Shown piece after piece: positions 1 to 16,899 of a stretch of 64,000 nt of DNA. The DNA comes from the human T2T-CHM13v2.0 reference genome, Homo sapiens, in assembly GCF_009914755.1 (NCBI RefSeq), contig NC_060939.1. One strand, 5' to 3'. Position numbers and translations under genes: made by a program. A model generated the notes under the pieces. It was not told the DNA's origin and ran no database searches. It saw nothing but the letters and a program-made list of their open reading frames with translations. Position 1 is the stretch's first letter. Every line of letters starts with the position of its first letter.

Positions 1-742
<742 letters not shown>

Positions 743-743
743 A

Positions 744-968
744 GGCTGGTGCAGTGGCTAGCACCTACAATCCCAGCACTTTGGGAGGCTGAGACAGGTG
801 GATCACCTGAGGTCAGGAGTTCGAGACCAGCCTGACCACCATGGTGAACGGTGAAACCCCATCTCTACTAAAAATACAAAAAAATTAGCCAGGCGTGGTG
901 GCAGGTGCCTGTAATTCCAGGTACTCAGGAGGCTGAGGCAGGAGAATGGCTTGAACCTGGGAAGCAGG
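744..968 (+). mobile_element. AluS, 3'-truncated, no poly(A)
   Basis: Left arm, A-rich linker and right arm up to GAACCTGGGAAGCAGG, then unrelated sequence. Confidence 0.9.
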
Positions 969-1799
969 TGCTTACACCCACCTGCTAACACAGGGAGAGT
1001 CATCATCATAGTCAAGTCTTTCAGTGGTCAGTGTGAGCATTCCGTGAGCATAGCTCATTTCTCAGAGCTGAGAGGGTGGTCCTGACTGGCTTGCTCCCTC
1101 CCAGTGCGCCTCTGTCTCCTCTCCACGCTGCCTGCCTCCCCGGGGCCTGGGCAGCCCCTCCTTCCTGCTGATTTACCTCAGCCCAGCTCCTGCTCGGGGG
1201 GAGCCCTGCAGAGCCCTCACTGGGCACCTCTCTCAGAGGCACTGGGCCCCACAGGTAACTGAGCAGGTGCAGCCATCGCTCAGTACAGCTCCTGGGGACA
1301 GGTCAGGTGGGTTAGGCTGGGGCTCTGGTGAGGTCAGGCCACACCAACCAGGGGAGACAAGAGCTGAGACACCTCACTTCCCATGTCTCTCTTTTCACGT
1401 CTTTTAGGGCCGTCTTCCCCCAGCTGTGTAGCTCAGGAAGAACTCTCAGGATTCATGTGGAGAAAGAGGCTGTGACCACCCCAGAGGCCTCTTCTCCAGT
1501 GAGAAGCAGGGGGACACCCCGGAGTAGCAGGCATTCTAAAGCTGCCCATGAGCCCTGCGACTGGCTCTGTTCCCAGCAGGGAGGTGGAGAGGATGCCACT
1601 CAGAAATCACCTCGGAGCCCCGAGAAGAGGGAGGTCTAGAAGTTGATTTCTTGGGAAAGGGCTGTGAGCTCAAAGATGGGCTTAGGAATATGGAACACAG
1701 AAAAAAATTTGATGTGCAAAAATGAAAAAAATATGACTTTTATTAAATCATAAAACTATGATGAAACAGGTGACATCAGTGGAGCAGCCTGCACCTTTT

Positions 1800-2064
1800 C
1801 CATCCAGGCATCGTTGAGTCTAGACACGTGTCCCAATTATAGACCATTCAGGCATCTTTGAGTCTAGACACGGTTCCCAATTATAGGCCATCCAGGCATC
1901 TTTGAGTCTAGACACATGTCCCAAATTATAGACCATCCAGGCATCTTTGAGTCTAGACACGTGTCCCAATTATAGACCATCCAGCCATCTTTGAGTCTAG
2001 ACACATGTCCCAATTATAGACCATCCAGGCATCTTTGAGTCTAGACACGTGTCCCAATTATAGA
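1800..2064. repeat. 44-bp minisatellite, 6 tandem copies
   Basis: Unit CCATCCAGGCATCTTTGAGTCTAGACACGTGTCCCAATTATAGA head-to-tail with few differences and no spacers. Confidence 0.95.
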
Positions 2065-3067
2065 CCATTCCCACACAGGTGCAAATAATCCATAATGTCT
2101 GTGTGCCAACTGGGGCATATCAGACAATGCTTGGCCAGTGTAAGGACAAGACATCAGATCCTTCTAGCAGATGAAGGTCTAAGGAACTCCATCTTTGTGG
2201 AAAGCAGAGAGTGGGGTTTCAGTGCAGGGCACGTGTCTCTGACAAGTGATGCAGTCATGAGAATGCTCAGGCAAAATAACAATAGTAACAGCAAGAAATG
2301 AATCCTGTGGATATGAAAGCTGTTTGGAAACTGGGATGCTAACAGCCTGCAGGAGCTCCCCTGTGCAGCTGTGTGAGCAGGAGGGAAGGGAGCAGGTCTT
2401 GTCCAGCCCCTCAGGCAGCTCTGGGAAAGGCTGGGGACACACACGTGGTGGCTGGCTCAGGCTATGGACTGGAAACTCCAGTTCTCCTCCTTGATTTTGG
2501 GAAAAGGGAAAGAATTTGGGGATAGAGGGACCACGGGACATGGAATCGTTTGCTGTAATTTCCTATGTGCTGGAGGCAGATGTTTGCATTCTCATTTCTT
2601 GGACATCAACTGGGTCTTTCACAGCTGTGCTGGGCACAGCCAGTGGAGTCCAGGGTTCCTCACAGGATTTCTCCCTGGTGTGACTCTTCCCAGCACAGTG
2701 CAGCCACGAATGCATCCCTCATGATGGTTACCATATTTTAGAAATTTCCTGCACAGCACACAGTGCCAGTAGGATGACAGTTCTCTTCACAGTTTCAGTG
2801 AAATCCGAGAGATGAGGAAAAAGAACTGTGATGTCACATATGCTCATACAGAATCTTAAACATCTCCATTGTGCTTGCATCTCAGGTGCCTCAGGCCACT
2901 CCGTAGCCCAGATATAAAGCAGAGGTTCCATGGCTCAGATGCTGTTCATTAAGGAAAGGAAACCCTGGGTGATGATTCCCTCCCCATATGCCCTCCTTGG
3001 TTGCATATGCCCTGAGGCTGGGCCCTGGGGGCCCCTGCCATCCAGGTCCCAGGCACCCCTGCAGTGA

Positions 3068-3106
3068 GGTTTGTGTCTGGGCCCACACTGGGATCTCCTC
3101 TCTGTG
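3068..3106 (-). promoter_or_regulatory. 23-bp-spacer RSS of the inverted clan II V
   Basis: Heptamer CACAGAG (3106-3100), 23-nt spacer AGGAGATCCCAGTGTGGGCCCAG, nonamer ACACAAACC (3076-3068). Confidence 0.92.
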
Positions 3107-3510
3107 TCTCTTACACAGTCATACAGGGCTGTGTCCTCAGTAGTCACAAAACTCAGCTGCAAGGAGAACCGGATGTATCCTGAATGCATCTCTGGAGATG
3201 GATACTCAACTTTGATGGTAGGGATAAACTATATGCTCCCTCCATAACAGAGGTGAGCAATCCATTGCATTCCAACCTTTCCCTGCAGGTCGGGGGATCC
3301 ACCCCCGCTGAGTAACCCCTGGTAACAGAGCAGCGGGAAGCAGCATGGGACACGGAGATTGCCTGCGAGGGCTTTGCCCCTCCTACGGCTGCACCTGGGA
3401 CAGGACACCTGGGAACAGAGAGGATTGCAGGGAGCTGTGTGCTCAGATGCAGCACCCCCATATCGTCACGTCTGACTCTTTGAGGCTTTCCCATCTGGAA
3501 GCTGCCACAG
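3068..3510 (-). pseudogene. IGHV clan II (IGHV4/IGHV(II)-like) pseudogene, inverted relative to the D cluster
   Basis: Leader remnant GTGGCAGCTTCCAGAT with donor GT>GG; acceptor CCCAG|GTGTCCTGTCC at 3408; CAG GTG CAG CCG TAG (stop at codon 5); FR3 RFSLQLSFVTTEDTALYDCVR; 23-RSS follows. Confidence 0.92.
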
Positions 3511-3514
3511 ATCC

Positions 3515-3735
3515 AACGTGCAACATGAGGAAGTTAATAAGGGTGCATTGCATCCAGGACTTTGCTAACTGAGGTTATAGCTGTTCTTGCCAAATGGGGG
3601 AGGTGGGTAAATCTGTAAGTTGAGGGCTGCATTAATTTATTTCACTATAGTCATCATTTTACTGTATATATTTATTCCATATCATGTTGTATGTCTTAGA
3701 TATACATAATACAATTTATTTTTTGAAAAAGAAAA
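3515..3735 (+). mobile_element. Old L1MA 3' end that truncates the V leader
   Basis: CACTATAGTCATCATTTTACTGTATATAT...ATCATGTTGTATGTCTTAGATATAC followed by an A-rich tail. Confidence 0.6.
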
Positions 3736-4654
3736 TGTAATTGTCAATCTCTACAATGAAATAACAGAATGTCACAAAAATAATATGTCATCTTAAAAAG
3801 TATTCTTGTTTTCAGCCATTGCTTACAAATCCCAAAATAATAAAAATAACCATTCCCCATATATTTGGATTCATCTCAGGCAAAACATTAGAAAACAGCC
3901 AGATTCATCCATGTAATCTTATCCTTCCTACCACGGATGTGTGTCTCTCTGAAGATGTGACACAGCTCTAGTCATGAGGACAGGAGAGTTGGTCGATTGA
4001 GGCATTTCTGATCCTTCCGAAGAGCATTTCAGAGGGAATGCCCTCTCTTCATCCAGCCCATCACTATGTCGGAATGTGACTTTTAAAACTGCTGTCATCA
4101 TGCCCATAAATAAAGCCTCATAAATAAAGGCAATAAAAGTTGCCTTTCCTTCAATTTGTACTGAAATAGCCACATATAATAATGGAAATAATCTTGAAGT
4201 AAAAATTAAATTAAACCAAACAGATTGAAACATTAACCTGAACTTCATGTGAGTTCAAATTTAGTGTGTAGTGAGTAGTGAGACAGGCAGGAGGCGTGGC
4301 AGAATATCAAGCTGTGCTCACCCCGTCTCATCTTAGTGAGGAAACTGCCTGCATATTGCTTAGGTGTATTACAGACTCCCATTGGTAATGTGAGCCTCAC
4401 AATATGTGCTGATGGATCACATCTCAAAACTGAAACTGCATGTTATGGAGAAGGAGGTACCATCACCATCAGCTGAAGTAAACCCACGCTGAATAGTAGA
4501 ATTTAAGCCAGTGACTAGAATGTGTAAGCTAGCCAAATCTCAAAAATAGACAAAGAGACTGATATCTAGAAGGTAAGTGTTGAAATAGTGCATGATTTGG
4601 GGATGTTTTCAGGGAAAAAGAAGACTTGATGAAACATACCCCAATACTGGACAA

Positions 4655-5160
4655 GAAGGAAGGAGATCGACTGTCATTTACAACAACATGGATAGATCCA
4701 GAGGACGTAGTGCTAAGTGAAATGAGCCAGACACAAGATAAAAATACAGCAAGTTCTCACTTACATGTAAAATCTTTAAAAATATCAAATCCATAGAAAC
4801 AGAGAGTGAAATGATGGCTACCAGGGGTGTGGAGAGGTAGGAAATGGGGAGAAATAGGTGAAAGTTAACACATTTGCAGTCACGCAGAAGCTACAGAAGT
4901 TAGAGTTTGCAGTTATGCAGACGCTACACAAGAAAGAGCTTGCAGTTATAAAATCAAGAGCTCTTGTGTGCAGCAGGTAGGCTGTAGTTATATTTTATTG
5001 TATACTGAACATTTGCTAAAAGAGTAGAATTTAGTTTCTCCTGCTACAAAACGGTAACCATAAAAGGAAATTGATTGGTTAATTTGCTGCTAGGTTGTGG
5101 TAACCTTTTTACTATGCATGTGTATATCTAAACACCATGTTGTACACTCTTAATGTACAC
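4655..5160 (+). mobile_element. L1MA 3' UTR fragment
   Basis: TCATTTACAACAACATGGATAGATCCAGAGGAC...GCTAAGTGAAATGAGCCAG...CATGTTGTACAC. Confidence 0.75.
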
Positions 5161-5494
5161 AGCAGAAAACATTGAAAACAAGTAGAACATAATCATCACC
5201 AAAAAAGATGGACAATGTTAAGGAACCTTTAAATACACACCTCCTTTCCCTGTGCTGGCTGATGTGAAGATTGGCACCCACACAAATTAGGTAGTAAGGA
5301 AGTGAAAGAGCATACTCCAGCAGATTATTATTCAAAACTAGTCGCTGTAACCTAGGTTATAATCCTATTTAAACATTCAAGTGATCAAGCTCTGGAGGCA
5401 TTCAGAAAGCCATTACAGAATATGAATGTTTAACTCCTGATTTTAAATTTAAAATAATAGAAAAATCTGGTTGTGTAACTAACTCTGATAATTT

Positions 5495-6379
5495 CTTTGT
5501 TTTTCTTTTTTCTTTTATTTTTATTATACTTTAAGTTCTAGGGTATACGTGCACAATGTGCAGGTTTGTTACATATGTATACATGTGCCACATTGGTGTG
5601 CTGCACCCATTAACTCGTCATTTACATTAGGTATATCTCCTAGTGCTATCCCCCCCCCTCCCCCCACACCACTACAGGCCCCAGTGTGTGACGTTCCCCT
5701 TCCTGTGTCCAAGTGGTCTCTTTGTTCAATTCCCACCTCTGAGCGAGAACACGTGGTGTTTGATTTTTTGTCCTTGCGATAGTTTGCTGAGAATGTTGGT
5801 TTCCAGTCTCATCCATGTCCCTACAAAGGACATGAACTCATCCTTTTTTATGGCTGCATAGTATTCCATGGTGTATATGTGCCACATTTTCTTAATCCAG
5901 TCTATCATTGCTGGACATTTAGGTTGGTTCCAAGTCTTTGCTATTGTGAACAGTGCCACAATAAACATACGTGTGCATGTGTCTTTATAGCAGCGTGATT
6001 TATAGTCCTTTGGGTATATACCCAGTAATGGGATGGCTGGGCCAAATGGTATTTCTAGTCCTAGATCCCTAAGGAATCGCCACACTGACTTCCACAATGG
6101 TTGAACTAGTTTACAGTCCCACCAGCAGTGTAAAAGTGTTCCTATTTCTCCACATCCTCTCCAACACCTGTTGTTTCCTGACTTTTTAATGATCGCCATT
6201 CTAACTGGTGTGAGATGGTATCTCATTGTGGTTTTGATCTGCATTTCTCTGATGGCTAGTGATGAGGAGCATTTTTTCATGTGTCTTTTGGCTGCATAAA
6301 TGTCTTCTTTTGAGAAGTGTCTATTCATATCCTTCGCCCACTTTTTGATGGCGTTGTTTTTTTCTTGTAAATTTGTTTG
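5495..6379 (-). mobile_element. 5'-truncated L1PA with TSD
   Basis: ORF 5726..6328 encodes the L1 ORF2p C-terminus ([17 protein letters not shown]...); poly(T) tail; TSD CTAACTCTG(A/G)TAATTT at 5479-5494 and 6380-6395. Confidence 0.95.
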
Positions 6380-6665
6380 CTAACTCTGGTAATTTATGAA
6401 GCTCTCAAGATACATGCTTGGTGGGACCAGATGAGCTCAAGTAGATGTTATCTTGATTTCTCCATGAAACCATGATTTCTCCACGAATCTTGAGGTGTAT
6501 GGTAATTGGTTATTGTCTCCAATCAACATCTGATGGTAAAATCTAAAGTCACAGCTGTGGTTGTCGTTGCATCAGTTGTGACCAGTCAACAACATCGTGC
6601 TGGTAAAAGAGTGATGGTAACCCTGGGGAGAAACCAAAGCTCAAAAATACTTTGAACACAGTTAA

Positions 6666-7102
<437 letters not shown>

Positions 7103-7639
7103 TAGAGTTACTACAAAGATGTTTGATTTTGTGTTTCAAACAGGAACATCTCAGAGATGTATCCCACTTTATCATGCATTTCTGGTGGTGGGATAGGTTC
7201 CTTTTATTGTGCTGTTGAATTTGATTTGCTGGGTTTTGTTGAATTTTGTACCTATACAAATTAGGGATATGAACTGTAGTTCTCTTTTCTTAAATGGCCT
7301 TTGCCTGTCTTTGGTATCAGACTGAGAGTGCTCACATAAAAATATTTTGAAAGTGTTCCTTTAACTTTCTAGGAGAGTTTAGAGTTATTAGTTTTAGTTC
7401 TTCTTTAAACATTTGGTAGAATTCACTGGAGAAACCACTTGAACTTGATTTTCAAATCTTCTTGATTGGGAGATTTTTGATTGCTGTTTCAATCTCCTTG
7501 TTCATTTTTGGTCTCTTCAGGTTTTCTATTTCTTTATGATTCAGTCTTGGTAGAATGTATGTTTTGAGGAATTTACCCATTTCTTCTAGGTTATCCAGTG
7601 TGTTGGTGTTTATTCAATAATGATTTATAGTCGTCTCCA

Positions 7640-8424
<785 letters not shown>

Positions 8425-8732
8425 CATCATGATCATTTTTATTTCTGTAGCATCAGTTGTAATGTCTCCTTGATCAGTTCTGATGCTATTTATTTGAGTA
8501 TTCTTTTTTTGTAGTCTAGCTAAAGTTTTGTCAATTTTGTCTTTTTTTTCAAAAGCCCTTAGTTTGTTGATTTTTCCTATTATTTTTCTGTTTTGTATTT
8601 CATTAATTTCTACTCTAATCTTTATTATTTCATTCTAACTTAGGACTTACTTATTCTTTCTCTAAATCCGGAGGTGTAAGATTAATAAGATTAATTTAGG
8701 TTCTTTCTCTTCTTTTTTTTTATTTTTCTATT

Positions 8733-9100
8733 TAATGCTAGATGACACATTAGTGGGTGCAGCGCACCAGCATGGCACATGTATACATATGTAACTAACC
8801 TGCACAATGTGCACATGTACCCTAAAACTTAGAGTATAAAAAAAAAAAAAAACAAAAAAACTTTGGATCTTTACCAGTCTAGTAATGAATAATAGTTATC
8901 TTGGTATCCTTGTCTTTGTATTATTATGAGTGAACGTGGACATTGTTTCATTCATTTAAGAGACATATTTATTTCTCTAATGTAAATTAAGTGCTTATAT
9001 ATTTTTGTCAATTGCATAATGTGTTATTAGACTTTTGAAACTGATTTGTAGATACTCTTTATGTTTGAAATGGGAGATAAACTCTTAATGACAAAAAAAA
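8733..9100 (+). mobile_element. L1HS-Ta 3' end (~105 nt) + poly(A) + ~230-nt 3' transduction + poly(A)
   Basis: TAATGCTAGATGACACATTAGTGGGTGCAGCGCACC (Ta-diagnostic ACA at 8747-8749) and ACTTAGAGTAT (G at 8832); flanked by a 55/54-bp direct repeat at 8678-8732 and 9101-9154. Confidence 0.92.
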
Positions 9101-9154
9101 AAGATTAATAAGATTAATTTAGGTTCTTTCTCTTCTTTTTTTTATTTTTCTATT

Positions 9155-9868
<714 letters not shown>

Positions 9869-10131
9869 TAGGTGGGCATCATTATGAATTTCCCTCTTAG
9901 TACTGCTTTTGCAGTATCCCATGTTTCAATGTAGTGCGTTTTCACTGTCATTTATTTCAAAATATTTTCTACCTTATCTTTTAAGTTTGCTTAGCTTATA
10001 CTTCTTTGTAAATTTTCAACTTTTTCCCTATTAGTGATTTCTAGTTTCAATCCATTGTCAGAAATGATACTTGATGCGATTCAGTCTTCTTAATTTTGTT
10101 GAGTCTTCTTTGTGACCTAACATGTGAGGTA

Positions 10132-10169
10132 ATCATTCCTCAGCCTTTTGGCTAAGGTCATGTGTAGTA
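10132..10169 (+). pseudogene. 3'-truncated U2 snRNA retropseudogene
   Basis: ATCATTCCTCAGCCTTTTGGCTAAGGTCATGTGTAGTA vs U2 5' end ATCGCTTCTCGGCCTTTTGGCTAAGATCAAGTGTAGTA; flanks ACCTAACATGTGA / ACCTAGCACGTGA. Confidence 0.85.
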
Positions 10170-11026
10170 CCTAGCACGTGATCTATCCTGAAGAATGTTC
10201 CCTGTGCATTTGGGGAGAATGCATGCTCTGCTGGACTTGAATTGAATGTTCTGTATCTATCTGTTAGGTCAATTTGGTCTCTAGTGCTATTCAGGTCTGC
10301 TGTTTCCCTACTGATTTTCTGTCTGTATGTTCTATCTATTGATGAACGTGGGGTGTTGAAATCTCCTAATTGTATTGTATTGCTTTCTGTGTCTCCTCTC
10401 TGATCTGTAAATGATAGTTTTATATGTCTAGGTACTTCGATGTTGGATGCATGTGTGTGTGTGCATAACTGTATCTTTCTGATAAGTGAAACTTTGTATC
10501 ACATATAATAATTATATAAGACAAAGATCTTTGTCTTTTGTGAGAGCTTTTTACTTAAAATCTATTTTTTTCTGATATATATGTAGATACTCCCACCTCA
10601 CTCTCTTTTGGTTAACATTTACATGAAATGTCTTCTTTCATTCCTTCTTTTCAGTTTCAGTGTATGTGTGTCCTTTAGTCTGACAGTCTTGAGTGATCAT
10701 CCAGGAGCAAGATGGCGGAATAGGACTCTCCAGTGATGGTTCCCTGCCGGAACATTAATCTGAACAACTATCCACGTCCAAAAATCCTTCACAAGAGCTA
10801 AGGAAGCCAAGTGAGAGATCCCCATACCTGGTTACAGCCTAAAAGTAAGAAACGACACACTGAAGAGAATAAGAACAACAGTTCAGCATGACCTGTGTCA
10901 CTCCTGTCCCAACGCCAGGTAGCATAGTGTGAGGAGCGATGCCGTCTAGTTGGGGGAAAAGAGAAGGAAGGAGCAACCACTGCCATTTTGTTGCCCATTT
11001 TCTGGCAGTTTTGAGACTCCTGTCTC

Positions 11027-11195
11027 CCTTCCTTCCTTTCTTCCTTCCTTCCTTCCTTCCTTCCTTCCTTCCTTCCTTCCTTCCTTCTTCCCTCCCTCCC
11101 TCCCTCTTTCTTTCTTTCTTTCTTTCTCTTTCTTTCTTTCTTTCTTCCTTCCTTCCTTCCTTCCTTCCTTCCTTCCTTCTTTCTTTCTTTTTCTT
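11027..11195. repeat. (CCTT)n/(CTTT)n polypyrimidine microsatellite
   Basis: Read directly. Confidence 0.95.
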
Positions 11196-11989
11196 GTTTT
11201 TGTGGTTCAGTGATTTTCTTCAGTAGAATTTGTTGCTTCTGATTTTTAGTGAATCAGTTATAGGTTTTTGTGCTGTGGTCATCATGAGTCTTAAAAGAAA
11301 CACCTTATAGATATGAGAAGTTATTTAAAGGAGACGACAACTCAAATGAAAGAACAGAAACAAGCAAAGGCAAAAAAGACACAGAAAAATTCTACATTTT
11401 GACTCCATCCGCTGGGTTTCTCCATGTACCTAATTTTACCAGTGGGTTTTATATTTATAAAAGTTTTGTTTTATTCTTTAGCATTTTTTTCTTTGAGATT
11501 TAAGAACTCCCTTTAGCATTTCTTGTAAGATGGGCCCGAGGGTGGTGAATCCTCTCATCTTTTTTCTGTTTAGGAAAGTCTTTATCTCTCCTTTCAATTG
11601 GAGGGGTAATTTGCTGAAGAATATATTCTTGGATGGCAGGTTTTTTTTCTTTTGAGCACTTAAAAAATGTCAATCCATTCCCTCCTGGCCTGTGTAATCT
11701 GCATTGAGAAGCCTGTTGCCAGAGGAATTGGAATGCCTTCATATGTTATTTGTTTCTTTCCTCTTGCTGGTTTTAGGATCCATTTTTTGTCCTTGTCTTT
11801 GAAAGTGTGATTAGTATATGTCTTGTAGTAGTCTTATTTTTGTTGATTCTGTTTGGTGTTGTCATGCCTTCCTGTACCTGGATATTTATATCTTTCTCAA
11901 GTTTTGGAAATTTATCTGTTATTATTTCTTTAAGTAAGCTTTCTACACCTTACTCTTGCTCAGCTCCCTGTTAAACAGCAAGAATTCTT

Positions 11990-12304
11990 TTGAGTTCTTC
12001 CTTGTCTGATGGAGAATAGTACTGATTTTTTCCAGCTGGATTACACACTTGTGCCACCCACTCCAGTCTGCTGGACACAGCTCAAGCTATTGTTAGCGAA
12101 GGTGAAACCAGAGTCTTTGCAGAAGGCTCAGAGAATGCCCAGGGCAGCCTCATGTGTCCTCGACCTCCCCCAGCTGAAGTTCACAAGGGAGTCCTGGAAG
12201 CACAGAGAAAACACACTGAGAGCAGCCCTGTGTGGGGCAGCCACAAGTGAGCCTGCTGCAGGAGGGATGCTCCCTCAACAGTGATGAGCAGGCACAGGCT
12301 CCAT
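11990..12304 (-). pseudogene. IGHV clan III (IGHV(III)-type) pseudogene, 3'-truncated by L1, inverted
   Basis: CCACCATGG start at 12304; VH-like 5' region CCTGCAGGCCCTGGTGAGGAGCCAGCC; acceptor TTCCAG|GACTCCCTTGT (11-nt L-part2); GAACTTCAGCTGGGGGAG; TGCAAAGACTCTGGTTTCACCTTC; CTGGAGTGGGTGGCA; no FR3 end or RSS. Confidence 0.8.
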
Positions 12305-13099
12305 GGTGGGGATGCTGAGGAGGGACCCAAACATGGGCTGGCTCCTCACCAGGGCCTGCAGGACAGCGGATGAGCTGCTTCTCATGAGAGGGAGCAGAGC
12401 TGCATTTCTGTGACATTCTCTCTGCGGACATGTGTGCACTGCTCAGCGGGGCTCCTCCCTTCCCTGCCTCTGGATGTTAGGAAGGGCAGCTGGCAAAGGT
12501 ACCCTGGGACTGGATGCTCAGGGCGTCTCTGCCCATCAGCCTTTGTTTTCCTTTCATGTGGACACTGTCTTGGAATCTGTCTGGATGAACGCTTACTACC
12601 AATGAAATCCAGTAAAGTCACAGAAAGGAAACTTGCACAAAGAAAGTGGCTATTCGACTCTAGTCAGCTCTAGCACACTGTGGAGGGCTGTAGAACACTG
12701 TCCTCAACCAGAAGGCAAAGTGCCTGAGTAAAAGGAAAAGAATTGTAGGTCTGTATATAGCCAAGACTGGAGCATGTAATTCCAGGAGTCATGAGCTCAG
12801 GCTGTCTCCTTTTCCATAACATCCCAGGGTCAGGTCACTGCAAGATGCCTCTTTGTACACCCCCTGTGGAGTGTGGGAAGAGGGTGACAAGGTTCACTGC
12901 GTCTGGGAGAAGAATATGGGGACTCCTGGTGACAATGCTGTGACCTACCCTTGGTGCTGCTACTGTGGTTTCTCCTTCTGTGGGGACAAGTGGTCCTAGG
13001 GATAGAGTCCCCATGTGCCCTGGACAGATCACTTGGAATGACCACCACAGATGAAAGAATCACTGCTCAATCTTATTTGAGTGTATGGTGAAAATAACA

Positions 13100-13400
13100 C
13101 TCAGACACTACCAGGAGGGCTCAGGATGCAGAAGGGGGGGCTCAAAACCAGGGGGCTCAGACACCACCAAAGGGGCTCAGGACCCACCAGTAGGGCTCAG
13201 ACACTAATAGAGGGGCTCAGGACATCACAAGCGGGGTTCAGACACCACCAGGGTGGCTCAGACCACGAGGGGGAGCTGAGGGCAGGCAGAGGGGCTCAGA
13301 CACCAGTAGAGCGGCTCAGACACCACCAGGGAAGCTGAGGGAACCAGAGGAGATCAGACACCAGGGGACGATCAGCGCCAGCAGGGGGTGCTCAGGACCT
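13100..13400 (+). repeat. Degenerate ~20-bp array (CACCACCAGGGGGCTCAGA-like) of the type found 3' of VH RSSs, with CTCF-like motifs
   Basis: More than 10 degenerate units; best CTCF-like core CCAGCAGGGGGTGCT at 13378-13392. Confidence 0.75.
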
Positions 13401-14049
13401 GGCTCGGGAGCAGATGCAAGGTGAAGCTGACATTTCCTTTTTCTCCTTGGTAATTCCTTGGCCTGCCCTGCAAAAATCTTGCTCAGCAGATATTATTGTT
13501 TCTTCCCTGTAACTTCTTAGTTCCTCTCATCTGAAAAGGACTAACTTGGAACAGAAATCCCATTTAACTTTTCATACTTCATTTTCAGTCTCCTTCTAGC
13601 AATATTTCACTAAAATGTTAATAAGAAACAATGAAGCCACAGTCCAAATGTTAGCACCATGCAAAGATTTGTATGTTTTCTCCACTTTGTCGATTACGAC
13701 TTAGGAAACTCTTCCCTCAATCCACTGTCTGGTATACACTATGGCGTTGTGTTTCACTTTCTTTCATTGGTTTTGCAAGGAGATGAAGCACCATTTAATG
13801 GGATGTGTCCTCTTTTTCTGGTTGGCTCCCCGTGGTGTCCACCTCAGATGGTTTTGCCACCACGATTAATCCGTTAATGCCTTCAGTCACCCTCACTATC
13901 CATGTAATGAAGCAATGAGTCCCTTTACTTCATCTACTTGTGTCTCCATGAGTCAGTTCACTCCTCTCCATTCTCACAAAGGACAGCCACCCTCAGGCCA
14001 CTGCTTCAGAGCCTCATGTAGCCTTGGGTGGTAAACCTATAAAAAGCTC

Positions 14050-16305
<2,256 letters not shown>

Positions 16306-16899
16306 TCATCCCAGTTTTAATTTGCATTTCCCTGATGATTAGTGAGTGATGTTGAGCGTTTAAATGTCTTTATGTTGAGTGAAATAAGCCTGGTATAAAA
16401 ATTACTCCATGATCTCACTTACACATGCAATCTAAAAATGTTGAACTCAGAGAAGTAGAGAGTAGAATGTTGCCTACCAGGAGCTGGCGTTAGGAGGATG
16501 TAAAAGCTGAGGCCCTGGTGAAAGGGTACAGAGTTTTGGTTAGACAGAAGGAATTCGTTTGAAGATCTATTGCACACCATGGTCAGACCTCAGTGATACT
16601 AATGTACTATATATACTTGAAAACTGATAAGAGAGTAGATTTTACACATTTACACCATAAAAAAAGCAGTATGTGAGGTGACAGACATGTTTATTTACTT
16701 GATTTAATAATTTCACAATGCACGCATATATCAAAACATCACGTTGTATGCCCATAATATATGAAATACAATATATTTTTCTAGTAAGTGTGATGCCTCT
16801 GTTTCTTCAACAACAGTTTCTGGAGATTGTTTTTTCCTTGGTGTGGACAATGTTTCCTCTCTGCTGTCTTTATACAGTTTTCCTTTCCCATGGGTTGAT

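Noticed and set aside
1800-2064. CRISPR-like appearance of the 44-bp repeats
   Set aside because: Units are contiguous with no unique spacers, there are no cas genes, and the DNA is human; this is a minisatellite.
2625-2698. Imperfect hairpin (CTGTGCTGGG...CCCAGCACAG) with a CACAGTG heptamer
   Set aside because: Only 10 bp pair perfectly, and there is no nonamer at 12 or 23 spacing; not enough for a miRNA or RSS call.
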